Positions 62,201-64,000 of a stretch of 64,000 bases of DNA are shown here, in pieces (the first letter of the stretch is position 1; every line of letters starts with the position of its first letter). The notes under the pieces were generated by a model. It was not told the origin of the DNA. It did not search any database and saw nothing but the letters and a program-made list of their open reading frames with translations. A program made the position numbers and the translations under genes. This DNA comes from Bacteroidales bacterium (GTDB lineage Bacteria; Bacteroidota; Bacteroidia; Bacteroidales; WCHB1-69): NCBI GenBank assembly GCA_023229985.1, contig JALNYF010000003.1, forward strand, positions 650-64,649. Reading direction: 5' to 3'.

Positions 62201-64000
62201 ACCAATCCACCCTCGATCTCACCGGAATAAGCAACCAAATAGAAAGTAGTTTGGTTAACCACTTGCGGAGTTTCATACAAAGCACCTTCGTAAAGCAGCT
62301 CTGTACATTCCGGATCGGCATACCAACGATAAGTAAAATCATTATTAACATTCGTTGGAGCAAGGTTTCCAACAGTACCACAAAGAGTGGTAACATCTTC
62401 TAATATAGGATTTTCTATTGGATTAACGGTAATATTAACCTCAGCAACATCGGAAACGCAAAGCGTTAATAAATCATTATAAATGATTCGGGCATAGCCG
62501 TTGCCTTCACGTCCGGTCATCGTACCACCCGCAGGATTGGGCATGGATTGATTACCGGCAATGGTTTGACCATTGTTGACGCCGCCAATGTAGCCGGAAC
62601 CACCGCTACCACCACCGCCATCAGCACCCAAGCTTTCCGAACCGGAAGGAGAGGCACCGCCGTACCAGCCGCCGCCGCCGCCACCACCGTCTCCAATAGT
62701 ATTGCCGCCTTGACCAAATGAGCCATTGGCACTTGAATTAGAGGAATTTGTTCCTCCGCCACTCTGTGTCCCTGCGGTTGCTGGATAGGACTGACCGGAT
62801 CCCTGAACACCGACAGTACCACCACCGGCACCACCTTGTTCATCATCTTCTCCGTGACCACCGCCACCGCCGGCAACTATTAACACTGAAGGACGATTAC
62901 CTGACAAAGAAGATAACAATCCTGACACGGTAGCAATATGCGTTGCACCACCACCGGAACTGCCATATTCACCACTTGTGCTTAATGAACGATAACCACC
63001 ACCATTATAACCACCGGCTAATATGGTGTTAGATGCAGTACTGCCGACCGGAATACTGGTACCGGCACCGGCGACATTAATATAAACGGTTTGTCCCGCA
63101 TTGAGTGTTATTTCACCGGAAGAATATCCACCTTTTCCACCATTAGTGGTTACAGCATTATAATCGCTTGAACTTCCATTTCCACCGGCACCGCCCCATA
63201 CTTGAAGAGAATAGGTTGTGGTTACGGGTGCAGTAAAGGTCTGTTCCCCACCGGTATAGCTGAACTCGATAGTATCGGCAAGTGGAGCCAAGACCATGGA
63301 TTTAACATAATAGGTTGTATTGTCGCCTAACATAGGGATATCCCAAGTGCTGCCAGTGTGTACTTCTTGTGTACATTGGGGATCAGAGTACCAAATATAG
63401 GTATAACCCGGCACAGCGTCTGCAACTGCAAGGTGAGTGGTTTCGCCGCAAGTGATTTCCACATCTTGCACTTCCGGAGCTTGTGGAGGCACAACCGAGA
63501 CATGAACCGATGCCACGGGGGATTCACACATTTCACCACCACCAATGACGGTAATTCTGGCAAAGCCGTTGCCTTCACGTCCGGTCATAGTTCCACCGGC
63601 CGGATTAGGCATCGTTTGGTTACCGGCGATTGTTTGCGCGTTGGTTACACCGTCAATATAACCGGATCCACCGGTACCTCCTTCACCATCATCATTATCT
63701 AAAAAAGACGGATAGTCTCCACCCGAACCGGCGCCGCCATACCAGCCGCCGCCACCACCTGAACCGGACGTGCCATATTCTCCGGCACCTCCTTGTCCAA
63801 ATGAACCGGAACCACCACCCATACTAGATGTTCCTCCACCACTTTGGGTTGCTCCATAATTGGTACCTCTTGAGGTTGTACTGGGCGTCGTAAGTCCACC
63901 ACCAACACCACCGGCAGCACTGGTACCAGACGTACCACCTCCACCACCGGCTACTATCAAAACTGCATTGCGATTGCCTGAAAGAGATGATAAAACTCCT
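53287..64000 (-). CDS. Giant mosaic T9SS cargo / surface protein (more than 3,570 aa in window; N-terminus beyond the window edge)
   Basis: Uninterrupted frame from 64000 to the TAG at 53287-53289. The track start (63960) is an internal TTG: the upstream in-frame residues GVLSSLSGNRNAVL continue a repeat seen again at SGLLSSLSGNRPSVL. C-terminal T9SS CTD. Internal repeat families are listed separately. Confidence 0.9.
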   Translation of the reverse strand, partial: GVLSSLSGNRNAVLIVAGGGGGTSGTSAAGGVGGGLTTPSTTSRGTNYGATQSGGGTSSMGGGSGSFGQGGAGEYGTSGSGGGGGWYGGAGSGGDYPSFLDNDDGEGGTGGSGYIDGVTNAQTIAGNQTMPNPAGGTMTGREGNGFARITVIGGGEMCESPVASVHVSVVPPQAPEVQDVEITCGETTHLAVADAVPGYTYIWYSDPQCTQEVHTGSTWDIPMLGDNTTYYVKSMVLAPLADTIEFSYTGGEQTFTAPVTTTYSLQVWGGAGGNGSSSDYNAVTTNGGKGGYSSGEITLNAGQTVYINVAGAGTSIPVGSTASNTILAGGYNGGGYRSLSTSGEYGSSGGGATHIATVSGLLSSLSGNRPSVLIVAGGGGGHGEDDEQGGAGGGTVGVQGSGQSYPATAGTQSGGGTNSSNSSANGSFGQGGNTIGDGGGGGGGWYGGASPSGSESLGADGGGGSGGSGYIGGVNNGQTIAGNQSMPNPAGGTMTGREGNGYARIIYNDLLTLCVSDVAEVNITVNPIENPILEDVTTLCGTVGNLAPTNVNNDFTYRWYADPECTELLYEGALYETPQVVNQTTFYLVAYSGEIEGGLVEGEPIEFTYSGSPQSYIVPPGVEHLKLQLWGAQGGNGGDGPYLGSAGGKGAYVEGIIDVNLNDQFTVVVGQQGGSTASNPICPNCPGGNGGYGGGGGGSGGWCSDNAAGGGGGGGFSMVQLNSSILMVAAGGGGGGGGSSSGGSQHGSGGAGGAGGALNGINGSPSSGNGYFGYGATENSGGAAGSGGSSGGYLYGGGASGYSSGSSGNGSTYAGGVGGSGGCSSSAGGSGGGGGGYYGGGGAGNYASGGGGGRSFVTGMYDAQMIAGNQEMPTPTGELQIGRQGNGFARIIPMVNQQGGFLCTSDTIPVTVSVTPIEGPFYGYSEPPTICTGSEATISAFAMADYQQDPDAELPMILWYADANTTESLGFTNPEVGGLVVNPLDTTIYYAAAATDMLTASGYFEIATPPYTQELNGLGCFFDVQAGASAVSIQEIKVTTVNEGNYPIYIYYKSGTCESFTGFPSAWTLVENRNFNTSTNGDLTISLLTPFEIPADQLYSIYVSTDAGIQYNPHSEIGTDVLRSSRFLTLYQGYGVPNTPSTDAGGFYDNLEHRNYVGQIGYELNDVTIFGCISENRYPIQVNVGVPPEPIDTIFGDTTICQGESVTLTANGGFLGDNGYYEWFEDECGTNLLNETTESVTVSPFQTTTYYVRRKSDFCDPTECIAKTVYVTTVPIVSDIIQPATICDGDQLPINTPSWDYVGMDDVIAWSNGWQYTTDGSNYVDLTDLTITEELNGSSIHYMVQNHCGFGYSNDVIITVDSMPAIATLLTPDPICYGNQMNWAAFQPQVDFHNNSGAVTSEGWEVYVDGVMVNYSADMILPYGHDITVRYWAQNYCGITYSNYVNITIYNIPRIGNLAEIAPICAGIPLPVTAPAIIDNGNTEYSESWEYSPIYNAGVYTTFPIDSVIDYGMDEYYIKYAISNVCGTARSNFIQIIVNDIPQLTDITDPNPREICSGSPLVMTPSTIISNGGLPCTEGWVQSPDSLINENTPFTAFNITDPVYDTWRGSWVRYRVENGCGITYSRAVEVMVHPAHHLYLTPVDTTVCFGSNVEIFSYTDLDDNSDYQWSQTDGGHLVSFNTSVVGALRPAVGTQRYEVVVTDRTTGCSETAVSQVEVIAIGSEEYRTVCASELPLVFGDDDNRVICNRSGDYYLTFQSSTGCDSVVTLHLSVLYPVESRVVKRLCEGETYHWYVNGENYTESAMDTVRILRQNGCDSIVYYLDLRIGNQPYIDIASRRVAVPVYAEMEVPINCRTACEYNSDIKLAMDFQLYKDGVAVGPMDTFGRIRIETEYPLIHEEFGNILQSGLGSIPGTTYSMYNYDYNFFYFSFFTTTNNTLRATWTEPGEYKFVFRLVEMTGGNDYPYLYDDTYRLGGAGSTHSGRMFEYDSLTIIVSPVDTTTEEITLCESQLPYDYYGNEISRAGDYHIMFEEEENYEMRLLHVNVAPTLYTSFTVRTCQDDYVWDGVTYNTDSYLDPHVRIYQSEAGCDSIVSLFLTLNNTQFEEEININACNEYTWDVTGITYTESGDYTYFNYAENIDSDGDGTMDCDTLLTLHLTVNYSDTTRESLAVASSQLPYNYYGNLLTSTGTYTYVLPTIHGCDSVVILDFVVSDPIIMVDTTTLSPLVGVVNRFTLGVDAAALDLNTKVALDYEITRNGVLIDDVSRYGTVHFDTRYPDLNRYIGRDLLNGLGSVPTNTFNVIYFYYNYFYLHFMDATQNRLTATWNVPGSYTIKFILREYAGGTDVSPEYGNPARRIGGSGALATQTEFATREITMNIPEQTVELYVDTVVCSSNLPFIYSGEEYNVATQTDLTFTDAYGVNDTIVHLNLTINQSYDFIYSDNVCAGSEYQNHGFHLTAGAIDSLVGNATRPYQIVLHHYYNTALGCDSTVTLYLTVMPNVPLSANDITICANGDAVLSATGCDYYNWESGASGPTDTLYNLLHDATYAVTGYKEYHLLASVNQVHIGDIMTNDNFFVSPANFTESGKTAVGVVYRIDSTADLIYMVALRGKLAKWSGDDITVINAGSMTNGRDNMAAVRAIGGWRSIYPAFNYCDTLTINTYGDWYLPAVDEVYDATTANYIDQSLITAGLSPIVHTFLTSTENSLSSCYAVDLLTDGLMIIPKDSIFHVNAISTVTPSQNYLYETTATCMALDSVYVTVIPLDSVADFYATVCQGEPYTENGFDISAAETQLPGVVRDTIITGTNYCGTYRAALELRVLPVYNQTFGYVEVNAEVCEGSDYQGYGFVIPQDSLRNLDAENNTYFYSYGESSQGCDSITRLTLHVNPTVYHYQDVNVCYGSTYSDDIREFTVLADTLITDQFTLANGCDSIDYIQVYVMPLPTVEIIGETTLCYGGTLQLEAATNATETNWQIDADQFEGSSLTIDNMTVSLNLDFVATLGQCTTTTNLLITVIPEIVTYLDAETCADTYFTDYGFDIEVPDVAGEYEYVLDLTAQNGCDSTVFLAMNVIPMDTVDVDQTISIIDVPYRFFDQLYSESGTYYVRTAGNNCDMIIRFNLTITNDYGENAFILLDSVDEQTYELTAYANQMDQNMKVALLYTVYKDGQVVSNLEDACGGRLNLSTYFLNSYVGRSVNIPMGSIPTNTFSVGNNQYNYFYFHFFNRRPNLVSHTFTTPGEYEIVFDLLQQEGGTDYSLTYTSDFNTLEYVGGKNSTDLYPILATRSIFFTIEGESGGDGPGTPEFPIGNPTLSLTTDLINEATSIDTLICSKNAYEENTKVSIEYTIYDGEEPISMLSNVANIRMETYYGNMSRYIGKNLTEGTGNIPGNTFAPTTTYLYNYFYLHFLNSTHSRIITTWAAPGDYSIVFNLVEMTAGTDFGLTWTTGKRLGGKNAQSTGLLLATETLHYNIGVDPLTAPTGIEDNENDGNTLIDLYPNPAQTYFVMTLGELGEEANITITDVNGKLMSQYDVSNVNDNQVRVDIAQWAQGVYFVTLNDGANFTTKKLVITK
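53290..53540 (-). other. T9SS type-A C-terminal sorting domain of the giant protein
   Basis: GNTLIDLYPNPAQTYFVMTL...ANITITDVNGKLMSQY...GVYFVTLNDGANFTTKKLVITK. Confidence 0.8.
53581..54078 (-). repeat. Unassigned ~166-aa domain, copy D
   Basis: KVSIEYTIYDG...GTGNIPGNTFAPTTTYLYNYFYLHFL...IITTWAAPGDYSIVFNLVEMTAGTD...RLGGKN. Confidence 0.55.
54121..54624 (-). repeat. Unassigned ~166-aa domain, copy C
   Basis: KVALLYTVYKDG...PMGSIPTNTFSVGNNQYNYFYFHFF...LVSHTFTTPGEYEIVFDLLQQEGGTD...YVGGKN. Confidence 0.55.
55795..56310 (-). other. DUF1566 / Lcl C-terminal-like domain embedded in the giant protein
   Basis: IGDIM...GKTAVGVVYRIDST.DLIYMVAL...W...TNGRDNMAAV...YPAFNYCDTL...YGDWYLPAVDEVY matches the DUF1566 pattern (G..VFY....GL.A..D..W....G..NT..I.....A...C.....DWYLPS..EL). 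Confidence 0.5.
56860..57357 (-). repeat. Unassigned ~166-aa domain, copy B
   Basis: KVALDYEITRNG...GLGSVPTNTFNVIYFYYNYFYLHFM...LTATWNVPGSYTIKFILREYAGGTD...RIGGSG. Confidence 0.55.
58009..58510 (-). repeat. Unassigned ~166-aa domain, copy A (YNYFY-type)
   Basis: KLAMDFQLYKDG...GLGSIPGTTYSMYNYDYNFFYFSFF...LRATWTEPGEYKFVFRLVEMTGGND...RLGGAG. Confidence 0.55.
59101..60156 (-). repeat. Four tandem ~88-aa Cys-containing repeats (Ig-like?)
   Basis: Each unit follows P-x-x-I-C-x-G...W(E/Q/V)...Y...(Q/S/E)N-x-CG(F/I/T)..S(N/R)-x-(V/I)-x-(I/V)-x-V. Example endings: QNHCGFGYSNDVIITV, QNYCGITYSNYVNITI, SNVCGTARSNFIQIIV, ENGCGITYSRAVEVMV. Confidence 0.6.
61318..62187 (-). repeat. Glycine-rich module 3 (complete, about 290 aa, most Gly-expanded)
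   Basis: IEFTYSGSPQSYIVPPGVEHLKLQLWGAQGGNGG...GGKGAYVEGIIDVNLNDQFTVVVGQQG...MVAAGGGGGGGG...GGGGGGYYGGGG...QMIAGNQEMPTPTGELQIGRQGNGFARIIPM. Confidence 0.6.
62476..63270 (-). repeat. Glycine-rich module 2 (complete, about 265 aa)
   Basis: IEFSYTGGEQTFTAP...YSLQVWGGAGGNG...GGKGGYSSGEITLNAGQTVYINVAGAG...LIVAGGGGG...GGGGGGGWYGG...QTIAGNQSMPNPAGGTMTGREGNGYARIIYN. Confidence 0.6.
63535..64000 (-). repeat. Glycine-rich module 1 (C-terminal part only; Gly_rich/ALK-LTK-like)
   Basis: ...LIVAGGGGG...GGGGGWYGGAGSGG...GSGYIDGV..AQTIAGNQTMPNPAGGTMTGREGNGFARITVIGGG. Confidence 0.6.

Noticed and set aside
61306-63947. Many antisense or alternative-frame ORFs (61306-61770 +, 61428-61724 -, 61715-61927 +, 62517-62876 -, 62748-62933 +, 63358-63702 +, 63630-63827 +, 63699-63947 -) with Ala/Thr/Pro/Val-rich products
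   Set aside because: They lie inside the Gly-codon-rich (GGN/NCC) parts of the giant gene, where stop codons are rare in all frames. Their products are low-complexity, and the giant frame is continuous and repeat-consistent.
53287-64000. CRISPR array or tandem DNA satellite as an explanation for the repetitive sequence
   Set aside because: The repeats are protein-domain repeats, diverged at synonymous sites and all in one continuous reading frame. There are no regularly spaced identical direct repeats with unique spacers.

Overview
64-kb chromosomal window from a low-GC Bacteroidota genome. Diagnostics: TAnnTTTG -7 promoter boxes before at least 16 transcription units, type IX secretion (T9SS) and gliding genes (porU, porV, a porP/sprF-family gene, gldJ), two proteins with T9SS C-terminal sorting domains, and an rpmG-DUF4295 pair. 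About 50 tightly packed genes, mostly housekeeping: trxB, azlCD, surE, rng, hup, deoC, fumC, aroE, ribE, dgt, mpl-like, dut, rpsL-rpsG-fusA-rpsJ, ispF, hldD, recQ, gyrB, ftsE, xseB, trmD, one tRNA(CAT), rpmG and leuS. I see no transposase, integrase, phage gene, CRISPR array, toxin-antitoxin pair or recognisable defence gene, and no obvious multi-gene novel system. The one clearly unusual locus is 53287-64000, a single minus-strand ORF of more than 3,570 codons whose N-terminus lies outside the window. It encodes a mosaic T9SS cargo protein with at least three glycine-rich (ALK/LTK-like Gly_rich) modules alternating with Cys-containing Ig-like linkers. It also has four 88-aa tandem repeats, about a dozen Cys-rich GCDS modules, one DUF1566-like domain, and four copies of a ~166-aa domain (YNYFYxHF motif) that I cannot assign to any family. 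Secondary curiosities: a carboxyltransferase whose biotinyl-like domain lacks the biotinylated lysine; an orphan tandem-fused BcrAD/BadFG-type activase; a GC-rich repeat-bearing intergenic element; two tiny genes missed by the ORF track (bS22-like, DUF4295); and two broken ribosomal-operon syntenies. All family assignments come from motif recognition by eye. No searches were run.
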